64,000 bases of DNA from Eledone cirrhosa (GCA_964016885.1 OZ024743.1:121396001-121460000), one strand, 5' to 3'; numbered from the stretch's first letter, positions 43,591 through 56,125 are shown. Notes: generated by a model from the letters alone, not told the origin. Program-made: numbers and translations.

Positions 43591-43667
43591 TACATGTCAA
43601 CACAAGAGCAAGAATGAGGGGCTCATTCTACTGACATGGCTTTAAAATCGTATATTATTATTAATCG

Positions 43668-43774
43668 TCCGCCGAGGTTGACTTTGCCTTTCATCCTTAC
43701 GGGGTCGATAAAATAAAGTACCAGTAATGTATTGGGTAATTGCTGGCCTTGTGCCAAAAGTAGAAACAATTATT
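43668..43774 (+). mobile_element. 5'-truncated SINE family A
   Basis: Core and tail. Confidence 0.85.
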
Positions 43775-43846
43775 AATATTCGAAAAACTCGGATTACATT
43801 TATTATATATATATATTTATATAATAAATGTAATCCGAGTTTTTCG

Positions 43847-43853
<7 letters not shown>
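43774..43853. repeat. Palindrome with (TA)n centre
   Basis: taatattcgaaaaactcggattacatttattata / tataataaatgtaatccgagtttttcgaatatta. Confidence 0.9.
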
Positions 43854-43912
<59 letters not shown>

Positions 43913-43929
43913 ATGTATATATATGTATA

Positions 43930-44022
<93 letters not shown>

Positions 44023-44045
44023 GTATATGTATATATATGTATATA

Positions 44046-44130
<85 letters not shown>

Positions 44131-44359
44131 GTATATATACACACACAATCCAATCCAGGGCCTTCTTACTCTTGTTGGATGAACCCCTCTCTGGTTAACA
44201 TCAAACGCTTTCTGTTTGATTTTGGTCATGTCATGGGTGAAGTTGGTTTGGCTATTTAAGCCTTAGTTGTACGTATATTTTATGTTGCTATGTTGATACG
44301 TACGTTGTTTTGTATATTATACATACATACATACATACATACATACATACATACATACA

Positions 44360-44392
<33 letters not shown>

Positions 44393-45323
44393 GTGTGTGT
44401 GTGCACGCACATGTGTGTGTACTCTTCTTTATTTGTTGTTCATTTACTATTACTCTGTGACAAAGAATGAAAGAATGATACAATGATCTAACGTTTCGGG
44501 GTAGGTATAACATCCTCCTACTTAGTACGTGAAAGTAATCAAATCAGATGTTTATGACCACATGAAATAGCAGTTTAGATATTAAATGTTTCACGATCTT
44601 TGAAAGTATATACTCTTTTAAGTAAACACATTTATAAGTGAACAGATGTTCCAGATTTTAGATGGTTGCATTTTTCAACACCACGCTAATTTGCTATTGA
44701 TTAAAAAAATATAGCTAGAGTTTAAATCTTTCTTGAAGATATGCGTTTTCTTTGGATCTGTATGAAAATAGGCATAATGTAGGTTCTATAGAAGGTGTAT
44801 CGGATTTTCTTTATTATTGTTTTCTGTTTGAAAGAATATACGATCATTTTAGTTCACTAAATTGTGTATAACATAGTAACTACGACATTGTTTATTATAT
44901 ATTATCATGAAGACAAATTTTGTTTTATATCTCATTTCTGATTATTATCTCACTATTTTCATTTCAGTTCAATTCAATTTATGATAATTGTATTTCTGCA
45001 AGTATAATGACATTTAAGGTTTAAGACCAAGCTAAAATACTTATTAAAAAGAAAAACGACACATTTGATTATAATTCATATAGTGCAGTAAAAGGCGACG
45101 AGGAAGACAATCTCTGATTTTGTGACACCATCCCCTCTACGGACACACTTGATAATGAATGGTAAATCCGAAAACTTTTGAGACTATGAAATTACTTAGG
45201 TAACATTCAGTCAATCTTATCCTCCTTCTCCCAATATTTGCCTCCTACCTTATCTCTCTCAATTCCCCTCCGACCTGTTGTATTGGTATTTCTAGCCCAC
45301 TTGAATTGTACAGCTTCCTAAAC

Positions 45324-47108
45324 ATATAAATTACACAATAATCAAAGCTATGTTCAAATAATTTTATTGCTGACAATCGTTTCTTCCAAACTATCGTTTG
45401 GAATCATCGGAGCAGTAGCAATGTTTGTACATATAATTAACCTCCTATTTAACTGAACCATCATATAGATACATGGATATTAATGTAGTCAATAACAGTT
45501 TCGTATTTACAGAGTGGAATGGATGCGACCTAGACTACAAGAGAATTGTACAATAATTAAAATTAAAAATTAAAAATTAAAAATTAAAAATTAAAAATTA
45601 AAAATTAAAAATTAAAAATTAAAAATTAAAAATTAAAAATTAAAAATTAAAAATTAAAACTTAAAAAGTCACAGAGTAGAATGCAAGCGACAGAGATTAT
45701 AAGGTAATACTATAACAATTAAAGAGGCATTAAGGTAGAAAGTTACTCGTAAAACGAGGACACTGGTAGTACATATGAAAGCGTAAAGAGAGTGCAAATA
45801 CATTAGTCATATACAGAAAGGAAACAAGCAATGGTATTAGACATATATAATATTTTGCAAGGCAAAGTTATCACATAAAATAAGCATATCAGGCAAAGCT
45901 GTTTTGTATTGGTGGATGTAGTGTGACGGTTGTTTCTGTAATGTTCAAATGTATATGTGCTGAGAATATCAATCTTATTGCTATCTTTTCCATTACATTG
46001 TCTATGTTTTATTTTAGTGAATGTTTTTAATCAGTCACAGCCATGGATTGTACACCTGTCATATTATATTGCTATCAGGGTTTCAAGTTGCTGTGGAGTG
46101 ATTATATAAACGGTTTAATTTCCGGAAGTGAGTTTGATCTATATTAAGGGGAGTTAATACGAAAGGGGAGGTAACTGGCGAATTACATTGTATATGATAG
46201 AAGAAATTTGGAAAATTAGAAAAATGTAAAGTTGTTTACAGCTCCAATCAGTTAAAAGTTTTGTGTTGATATACATTATATTATAAGTGAATCCTTTTAT
46301 ATAATGCTATTTGTTTATATTTAATTTTGAATAGAATCTATTTTCCTATAATACATTAAAGGTCTCATTATATTGTTATCTATTCATTACTTAATAAAGT
46401 ATAAGAAAGTTACAGGAAAAAATGTATAGTTGTTTACAGGTCTAATTAGTTAAATCTCTTGTGCTATTAATATACATTATATTATGCTATAAGTGAATCC
46501 CATATATATAATGCTATCAATTTATATATTTAATTATAAATATAATTTATTTTCCTATACTACATTAAGTGTCTCATCATATTATTATCTATCCATTACT
46601 GAATATAATATAAGCAAGCTATAGTGGTTGTATTAAATGGTGTTAACTTTATGTTTATTCCAAATAGTTATTGTATAGTATAAAGTTAGAGATAAACAGG
46701 AGTTAAGTAGAGTGATGAGCTGATCAAAGAGTGTGATGCTGTGGGGGTACTTATATGCCGATAATACCTAGAGGTGAGGTGTTAATGGTGGTGAGGAATT
46801 CAGATCTGACATTGCTATATATTAGCAGCTAGGTTTAAAGCTATGAAAAGAGTGGTTGTGCTGACACATCGAAAAAACCTCTGAATTTCTATTTAGGAGG
46901 TCTAGCTTAGAATAGATTATATTAAATACGAAACTGTTGTTGACAACATTAATATCCATGTATCTATATATTTGTTCAGTTAAATAGGAAGTTAATTATA
47001 TGTACAAACATTGCTACTGCTCCGAAGATTCCAAACGATAGTTTGGAAGGAACGATTGTCAGCAATAAAATGATTTGAACATAGCTTTGATTATTGTGTA
47101 ATTTATAT
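45324..47108 (-). mobile_element. 5'-truncated PLE: inverted pLTR copy, ORF tail, 3' UTR and hammerhead-bearing 3' pLTR
   Basis: 45324-45509 inverted vs 46923-47108; minus-strand LLNRNSEVFSMCQH (cf. LLNxRSExxxxCRH); internal (AAAATT)n at 45556-45667 and a ~200-bp tandem duplication at 46210-46610. Confidence 0.65.
45368..45414 (-). ncRNA. Type I hammerhead-like motif (CCGAUGA core variant); inverted copy at 47018-47064
   Basis: TGCT CCGATGA TTCCAAAC gata GTTTGGAA GAAAC gatt GTC AGCA. Confidence 0.6.
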
Positions 47109-47592
47109 TATGGCTCTGTAAAACATCTTATTTTTCTTACTGGTAATAAGGTAGTAAATTACTGACCTTTCCTGTTTATAGTTGTATATAGTGTATAAAT
47201 AACTATAAATAATATTATTATTAACTGCTTCCTTCCTAAACATACACACTTTTTATTTTAATAAAAAATATTATACTTTTAATAATAGCGTAGAATCTAC
47301 TTTGCATGCATATACACATAAAAGCAAAATTACAAACCCATACTGAGAGGCTTCATTCAAACAATCCACATCCCGAAACAGAACTTTAGTCTACGCGTCC
47401 CATAACATTACATGACTCAATTATCTTATATTGTAGCACAGTAGCTCCAATAAAAACGAAGAGATTGGTCTTAATAGCAAAATATTATTAAAGAAAACAC
47501 AACTCACTCACATAAACGTTCTGGAACAGAACCTCAACTTGGTTGTTCAGCTTGCTGAATATATAGCCAAACCATTTTCTAAACACATACTT

Positions 47593-47820
47593 CCTTCTTC
47601 TTCTTCTTCACCAACTTATTCCTGAGAGAGTCATGGGGCGACAGAGTCCTCAAACACTCCTTCTAGAGGGTCCTGTCAGAAGCAACCGTCTCCAACTAAT
47701 ACGGCTGGATCCCCAAACGAGACCAGCTAAGCTCATGGATGTTATCCAACCGTCTTGTTCTGGATCAACCTCAGGGTCTCTTGCCCGTAAGATCTGTTCA
47801 GCGATTCTTTCCTGAGATAT
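47593..47820 (-). mobile_element. RTE-type LINE 3' end with (GAA)n tail
   Basis: Matches 5440-5690. Confidence 0.8.
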
Positions 47821-48588
47821 TCTAATCCCATTTCCAATAGACTGTATACGACCCTCCTTTCAAAGCTTGCCGTATTTTCTACGGGTATCTATATCATAAA
47901 AGATGCTGCAATAGTATAACATACACAACATGTATGTGAAGTGGGTAGCCCAGAAAATATTTTTCTTTTGATTTTTTGGGGGATTGACTTCCAGCTTCCT
48001 ACAAATGGTGTATTCCGATAGTAAAATGAGATTGGCCTAGAAAAGCGCTATTATATTCTATTATATTGGTTGAATACTAATGCATCAGTTGTTATTGATT
48101 TAAAACACAAGATGCTACTCTTCGTCTATCGCAGCACTCAACTTACTCAAAGAAAACATAATTAGGTTTAAAAGGAAAATTTAATCTTGAGATACTTTCA
48201 AATATTTTCTCCAAAATATATTTATTTTTCTATACATATATAACTTTTATTGAAAACGCAATTATATTTGAAATATCTTCTGTCGATATTTTAAGATCGC
48301 TCCGATAGTATTCGTGGTGTTTGTGTGTTTGTGTGTGCGTGTATGTTTGTTTGCGTGCGCGCATATTTCTTTTTAGAGAAAACACATCTGCGTACATTTT
48401 TTTTCTTATCTCATTTTAGAGTTTTGTCTTATAATTAGACATTACATTTTTTTTATATTACTGCAGAATATTTTTATTTGGCATTGGCATCATTGTAATT
48501 GAATACGTTCTTTGAAAACAATCTAAAAGAAGTCCTGTTAAAATACTGTAAAATTTTTGTTTTCTCTACATCTAGAATGAGTATAGAA

Positions 48589-49844
48589 TGTAGTATTGCA
48601 AAGGACCTGTACTTTGTCGAATCATCTATTAACATAACACTAACTCATCAAGCATTTTCTCTTAGGCAATCAAGACGAGATCCTAACATTAAAAACAACA
48701 TATACTATCAACTAGTCGAACATATTGGAGATAACTAGATAAACAAACTCTTACAATTTAAATATACACTTCTATTAAGACTATATGACTGTAGAAAATT
48801 ATAAGGTGAAACTTATTTAGATAATATATATGAACCACATTGTAAACAGTCTTAGTAATATTCTGTGTAAATATACATCGCTTGAAGTGAAAGAGTTTCT
48901 CTATGAAACAACAACGCGCTAACATAAGAATATAAATATATTGACCTTTTAGATAAATGACACTAGTATGTAGTTCTATAATACGATATATACTGGAATG
49001 GTAATACAGCAAACATTTGAAGAACAACACTGTTTTAAGGCATAGAAGATTGTTTTTTATTTTCATACATCTTTCTAATTCGGACCAGTAGTTTAATATA
49101 GATTGTAACTATAATTAATAGGGAGAGAATATCAATAAAAACATTGAGAGAGACCCTCTAAAGACAAGGATTCAAATGACATCTTCAGTGAAAAGCAGCA
49201 TCAGAAATAGCTTTGATAGGACGTTTAAGTTGAAACAGAGCCGTTCCATTTATTTGTATAGTCCCCAGTCTAAAATAGGAAATGTTTATTCTGGTTTAAT
49301 GAGTTTCTAATGTGTTCTGATTTCTCTCTATTAGAATATAAACATTTTAAACATCTTTTCCTTGTCTGGGAAATCTTGTTGAATTCAGCAGCAAGTTGTA
49401 AACGTGTGCGCCAAGTATTACTTATACAGCTCTAAAGATTGATACCCTTTTAGAAAAGCGGAAATGGAAGGAGATTGTAAGCGATGAAAGTAAAGTGGAA
49501 TAGTTTCACATGCTAAGGTAAGCCAGCAAACGTACATGGCTCATCAGAAGCAATTGTTTTATTTACCTTCCTTACAATGATCTCATAAATCAATAATTTT
49601 TGAAGCATGTGATGACGTCAAAACTATGTCAGTAAGTTCTCGGAAAACCAACTTCTTGATGTGGTTTCTAGTTTCAACATTTTTGTTAGTATTGCAATAC
49701 TTTTCCCTTGTCCTCTGTGATACAGAAAAGTAGAAATGTGTCAGTTATTGAATGTTAAATATTTGGAGATACGTGGTTAATCAATTCTACTACAATAATT
49801 TTCAAAATTGTTTCATTCAAAATTTTCGTAATATAAATAAAGCC
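48589..49844. repeat. Left arm of a ~1.25-kb inverted duplication
   Basis: Reverse complement of 57571-58826; identical 102-aa ORF translation on opposite strands. Confidence 0.95.
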
Positions 49845-49864
49845 GTCATTTTTTTTATTTTTTT

Positions 49865-51390
49865 GCTGCGCATATCAATTCTGTTGATGAAGATTTTGAA
49901 CAGAAGAGGCGAGGCTATACAGCCTTGGTGCTGTCCGATAACCACATTGAACGGTTTCGACTTAGCACCATTTATCCGAACATAAATATTAGGGCATTCA
50001 TATAGAGATATCAAGGTAATGAAGCTGTCCATTGATTTGACATTCCTGCAGAACCTTCCACAGCAGTTCCCGAGGAACGCAGTCATATACCTTTTCGAGG
50101 TCTACAAAATCCGTCACATTCTGAGTATTTGATCGGCTCTGCTGTATCCGGGTGAAAACCACACTGTTCGTCAGCTAGCTTGAACCTGACAATATTCCTA
50201 CACCGCCTTGCCAGACATTTAGCATAGACATCGACGGGGGAGACATAATAACTAAATATTTCTTTAATTAAAACAATTTCTCTTGTTCCCTTTTTGAAAA
50301 CTGGGATTATCGCTCCCGATTGCCATTATTTCGGTGCTTTTTCCAGAGATAAATATCACTCGGCACAAACGAGTCTGCCAGAGAATAACTTCTGTAATTA
50401 AGGCGTTTAACACTTCATATTTCCTAGCGGCCTTGCCACATTTGAGCTCTTTAGTTGCTCTTGTGACCTCTGCCTCCGAGAGTTTAGTCGTCGCTCCCAG
50501 ATACACCTCGTATAGAATAGAAGATGCTGATGTAACTGTGTTTTCGAGTTCAACAAATATTTCTCTCCACCTCGCGAGAGAGAAGACCCCCAGACGCATT
50601 GCTAGTAGCAGGTGTGGATGAGAATTTCTTATTACAAAGTCGGTAGATGGTCTGCCAGAACACTATATTTGCTGATCTGAAGTCGGATTCCAGTTAAACG
50701 CCAAGGTCCTCTCATATTTTAGCTCGGACGCCGTTACTATCTCTGCTGCGTCCTTTCGTGCCTGATTATACCGCCAGTGCAAGTTTTGTAAGACTCCTTC
50801 GTTGACCATTTAATTGAACCTAGGGATCTTCCTGCCACTCGGGACCACATCAAGCCTCATTCGCCCGCAGCCTTTAACAGATGAAGCAGAAGCTGCCGAG
50901 TGGAACAGTCTCCACTGCGTTTCTGAGTTTGCTCAGAGAGTTCTCTAAATTTGTATGCAATAGTATCCGTATACATATTCCTAACTTCCTCATCTCCCAG
51001 CGCTTCCCATTTTATCCTGTAGGTTGAGCTGAATCAGCAAGTTTCGTGGCCTTCCTTAGTATTAGGTAGTCACAAGTCGCAGATAACTAGACGGTGAACA
51101 ATTCACAGCTCAGTTCCTCGTTTAACACAAACATCCAGCCCTGTACAAAATCAATTATTAATCGCTGTCCAATAACAAAATCAATTATTAATCTCTGTCC
51201 CCGAATCCCCTTATACCATGGATGTCTCTGTGTTTGAAGAAAGAAGGTTTTCATAATAGAGATGCTATTATTAGAGACAGAAGTTTAATAAGGTCTCTCC
51301 ACTTGTATTTATATCGGGATTGGTGTTCCTTCCAATCACTCCCTACTATGTCAGGTAGTCTGTGCCAACATGTGCATTGATGTCTTAACT
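49865..51390 (-). mobile_element. RTE-type LINE fragment (APE-RT)
   Basis: LSEAEVTRATKELKCGKAA, VRINGAKSKPFNVVIGQHQGCIASPLLFKIF; same family as 10860-13222. Confidence 0.8.
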
Positions 51391-51662
51391 ACATCTAACG
51401 CGGCAGTGACTTCGTCATATACACACACACACACACACATATATATATATGTGTGTGTGTCTGTGTGAAGTTTGTTAATATTTCTAAGTTTTTTGAAGGT
51501 GTTTATACCGTCTGACGAGCTTAGAATCTCGGAATTGGTAAGATGAAACTTATTTAGCCGTAGTCCTCGGCGAAATATGTATCACAGAGATGTAAATAAA
51601 TCTAAATCAACTGCATATGGCCTCCGATCTTTTTGACAATATACACACACACACACACACGC

Positions 51663-51724
<62 letters not shown>

Positions 51725-51820
51725 TGGTTCACTGCCCTAAAACGCTGTGACATCTCTCTCCCACGTGTAGCTGGGCGGTCGCTTTAGATTCTCTTAGAGT
51801 TGTCTGGAATGTATAGCCTT

Positions 51821-51903
51821 ACACACGCTGATGAACCATAGGCTATTCCATTTCAGTCAACAACTTCTTGGCGAAACAGATCTCTTTGGATTTGTACGTG
51901 TGT
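51821..51903 (+). ncRNA. Type I hammerhead ribozyme with a full stem III
   Basis: ACACACG CTGATGA acca...tggc GAA ACAGATCT cttt GGATTTGT A CGTGTGT; 7-bp stem I, 8-bp stem III, GUA triplet; A10.1-C11.1 mismatch. Confidence 0.65.
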
Positions 51904-52154
51904 TATATAGTTATAGAGGTGCGTATTTACACTTTAGTTTATATTTTTAATTATCGTGTCTCTACCCTGCCTTTCATAGGTTATAGATTCCATACACTGG
52001 TGGTTTTCCCTGTTTTATTGATGGCGCACTATCTCTCTCTCTCTAGTGTGTTACCTTTTCAACATATTGTATTCTAAAGAGCTCAGGATTCCTACTCCTT
52101 TGAGCACATTATTGAAAGGGAATAGCGAGTGTCTATGACTCCGTTAATTTATGA

Positions 52155-52198
<44 letters not shown>

Positions 52199-52205
<7 letters not shown>

Positions 52206-52312
52206 TACCAGATTAAACTTTAAGCAAAGAAGCCTTAACGGGATCTTCTGAAGATCCCGTTAAGGGTAAAAGCAGCGATTCTTTGCTTAAACTTTAATCT
52301 GTTATTTTAATA
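52199..52312. repeat. Palindrome next to (TA)n, centred on a CTGAAGA motif
   Basis: ccttaacgggatcttc t gaagatcccgttaagg plus outer arms. Confidence 0.85.
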
Positions 52313-52398
52313 AATATTTGCTCTATGGTTCTTATATATATGATATATATTTATCCTTATCGAGCTCTCTTTGGATTTTAGTCTTCACATTTATTATT

Positions 52399-52582
<184 letters not shown>

Positions 52583-52662
52583 GGTAAACAGAAATACCAA
52601 CACAATTGGTACAGTATAAGGAAGGGATATATTAGGTTAACGCTTGATATAGCAGGAAGGGG

Positions 52663-52698
52663 TCTTAACGTTTCGGACGCTAGTCATTCACCAGAAGA
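52663..52698 (-). ncRNA. Degenerate minimal hammerhead motif
   Basis: TCTT CTGGTGA atgac tagc gtcc GAAACGTT AAGA (A6 changed to G). Confidence 0.5.
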
Positions 52699-52810
52699 AA
52701 GAATAAGAAGTAAGATAGATTGAGGGGACAGGCGAGCTGGAATTGGAAAAAATGTCTTTAGATAAAAATAACAGGTCCATTCATGTTGATATTTCTTGCA
52801 AAACTGTTGG

Positions 52811-52844
<34 letters not shown>

Positions 52845-53015
52845 TTGGTAAACGGAATAGAAAATGCTGACAAATTGTTCACAGTTGAAAAATGGTTTAA
52901 TTAGGAATAAAAGAGTATTAGTGATTGTATGGGTTAGTATTCAGTTGTGGTTTTAAAGACACCTTAGGGAAAGAATGGCATTGGAAAAAATGAAGACAGA
53001 ATGGCATTGGAAAAA

Positions 53016-53858
53016 ATGGCATTGGAAAAAATGAAGACAGAAATTGAACTTCTTAAACTGAGGGCCCAGACAAATGAGGAAAAAATCAAAACCATCGATG
53101 AAGAGATCCTCCTGGAAATCAACAACAAAACTGAAGGCCCCAAGGTAGAGAAGATCTCCAAATTATAGAAAGGGGACTGCAACAGAGAAGAACTGAAATC
53201 CCTTCAAGCTTGGTTCCTACACTATGAATCGACTTTTCAAACGGATTACACCTCCAATAAGCCGTTCATAAAAATAGGAAAACCCATAACTGAACCGCAC
53301 AACAACTTCTCAAACCCCCAAGCCTCAAACAAACGAAGAAGGAAGCACCACACCGAAGATGAACTTCCCGACCTCGCTACCATAAGAAGGAACAAAAACC
53401 CAAGAAATCATCTCCCCCAGAATGACATTTACAACTTTCCCCCTTCAAGGAGACACCATACCAAATCACTCAACTACTACGCGGATTCCTCATCGTCAAA
53501 CATAGGGAAAAGATACCACCGCCATGATAGATGCAACAACTTCCCCGCTTCAAGGGGACAGCAAGGTAATTACCATTTTCTCAACTCTCACTTCCACAAT
53601 ACACAACAAACCCACACCACACGATACAACCAACAACGTAGGCCACTTATAACACCACAATACAACATGGCACATAGAAACACACACCCATACTCGCAGT
53701 ACAGGAACACCCCATTCAATCTACAACCAGCAACCCGAACCACATTTTACAACAACAAGGAATATAACAAACACAGGAGACCACTTAACATCAGCAGACA
53801 ACCCCTCTACCCCAACCATTTTTTAGACACAGCACACAGATACAGGCAAACAAAATAA
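53016..53858 (+). pseudogene. PLE ORF1 (5'-truncated): coiled-coil-like N-part and N/H/R-rich disordered tail; one TAG at 53166-53168
   Basis: Manual translation MALEKMKTEIELLKLRAQTNEEKIKTIDEEILLEI...KL*KGDCNREELKS...PLYPNHFLDTAHRYRQTK*; one frame, one internal stop. Confidence 0.65.
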
Positions 53859-56125
53859 CACAAGACAGGGAGGAGAAACCGATAGTAATAAAAATTATCA
53901 ATCTTACTAGTGCAGAACCAACACCCAACCTTATCAACTTACTCTCCAAAGGTCTTAAATTCACACCGACCCCACTACGTCCTAACTACTATGAAATGAA
54001 GGAAGACATCACAGACTTCTGTAGAAAGTTACGACTTAGTGAACAACTATTCGACCAGTACAATGAGGATGAATCATTAACCAGAAATAGAAGCAATTAC
54101 ACCCCTTCAAAAGGTAGAAATAAAATCCTGGACGAATTCTGTGAACACATCACAAACTTCCCTTACCAACACTTGCACAGACAAAAACACAAGCCAAACC
54201 TCAACAAGAAAGAATGGGAAGAATTAAATAGATTAAAAACCGACAGAACCATTACAATTAAAGAGGCTGATAAAGGGAGTACAGTAGTCCTAATGGAGAC
54301 AGAATTCTATATCAACTTAGCGCTCTCCACTTTGGAAAACGAAACATACTACGAAAAGGCTGAACACTACAATCAACAGAAAATTATGAGAAACCTAAAA
54401 ACTCTAATCAACCAATACAAAGAAGGACTCACTAACAAGGAATTCAGCTTCATCACAGACTTCACAAGTAAATCCAGCCTTTTCTACGGTATCCCTAAAG
54501 TACATAAAAGCGAATCAATCAGTAAGGCATGCAAGGAAGCCACAGACATAGTCATCAATGTCCCCTCACCCAATGATCTCAAATTAAGACCTATAATAGC
54601 AGGCCCCGCTTGCGAAACGCACCGTCTTAGCAACTTCATTGATACCCTTCTCAAACCCTTCCTCAAGCACATCAAAAGCTATATAAGGGACGACCTAGAT
54701 ATGCTCAATCACCTCCCTAATATGCCACTTTCTGAACAAACCCTACTAGTGACGTTCGATGTAGTCAACCTATACTCCAACATCCCCCACAACCTAGGAA
54801 TAGAAGCTATCCAATTCTGGCTGGATAATTTCCATAATGAACTCCCACAACGCATCAAAAAAGAATTCGTGATAGAGGGACTCAAATTTATCTTGGAGAA
54901 CAATTACTTCGTTTTCAATAACAAACCCTACAGGCAGAAATCTGGGACCGCTATGGGAACGAAAACAGCCCCTACTTATGCCAACCTAGTCATGGGATAC
55001 CTGGAAATCACCCTCTACACTAAAGTCCTAAACAAATTTGGAAACACCCTCCACTTACACATTGAAAGGAACTGGAAGCGATATCTAGATGACTGCTTCA
55101 TCCTTTGGCACGAAAACATCGAAAAACTTAAAGAATTTCACACCCTTATAAATGGGCTCAACACAAATATTAACTTCACGATGGAATACAGCCATCAACA
55201 ACTCCCCTTCCTCGACATCCTCATTAAGATCCATAACAAAAAAATAGAAACAGACATATACTACAAGCCCACAGACTCCAAGCAATATCTCCCCTTCAAC
55301 TCTTGCCATCCTAGACACGTTAAAATTAATATTCCCTACAACTTAGCCAAGAGAATCTGTACTATAGTCTCCAATAAAAACATCTGCTACTAGGACACAC
55401 TCATAGGCAGGGACTACCCTGCATCACTAATTGACAATGGAATCCAACGTGCCCTAAAACTCAGTACCCAGGACCTTAGACACCCTAAAGTAAATCAACC
55501 AAAACTAAAAGCTCTTCCATACATCTCCACACACAACCCCCTCAACAATGAGGCCTTTGACACCATCCTCCAGAACATCCCTGTATTGAAAAAGGACCAT
55601 AGAATGAACCAAATTCTACGAACACACGATATCATAAAGAGCAAAAGACAATCCAAGTCAATGAAAAACATCTTAACACATGCCAAAGTACTGCCAACCA
55701 CAACAACGAAACCCACAGTAAAAAAATGCGATAGACCCAACTGTGGCATTTGCATCAACCTAATAGAGGGTTCGGAATTCTATTTCAAAGATGGACAACG
55801 TTTTATAGTAAAACACAATTTCACATGTGCATCAGAAAATCTAATATATGTATTAACTTGTTCAGGTTGTCGAGAACAATACATAGGCCAGACCAAAAAC
55901 AGCCTCCGCCAACGCATGACTGTCCATAGATCCCAAATTAAAATACGGGAATACAGGAAAATACCACTGAGTGAACACATTGATACCTGTGCCGCCCAAA
56001 ATCATCCCAACTTCAGAATCTTTCCCCTCTACAAATTTAAAGATAATGCCACCCACACCCAGCGCATCAGCAAGGAATCTTACTTCATTAACAAATACGG
56101 ACCCCATCTAAACACTTCTCCCTAA
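53819..56125 (+). pseudogene. PLE reverse transcriptase + GIY-YIG endonuclease (single in-frame TAG at 55391-55393)
   Basis: IINL...LLSKGLKFTPTP, IKEADKGSTVV, FYGIPKVHK, LRPIIAG, FDVVNLYSNIP, GTAMGT..AP.YANL, RYLDD, LPFLD, YYKPTD, SCHP; Cys linker CxxxxCxxC; NLIYVLTCSGC..QYIGQT...RMTVH; ORFs 53996 and 55586 share a frame. Confidence 0.93.

Noticed and set aside
45556-45667. (AAAATT)n array as a possible telomeric repeat or CRISPR
   Set aside because: It is a simple hexamer repeat with no spacers and no G-rich telomeric motif.
48758-49066. 102-aa ORF duplicated identically at 58349-58657
   Set aside because: The identity follows from the inverted duplication; AT-rich composition with no recognisable domain.
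55391-55393. Selenocysteine or readthrough recoding in the PLE ORF
   Set aside because: The stop is TAG, not TGA, and the GIY-YIG is C-terminal, unlike the selenoprotein-encoding Naiads; a copy-specific lesion is simpler.
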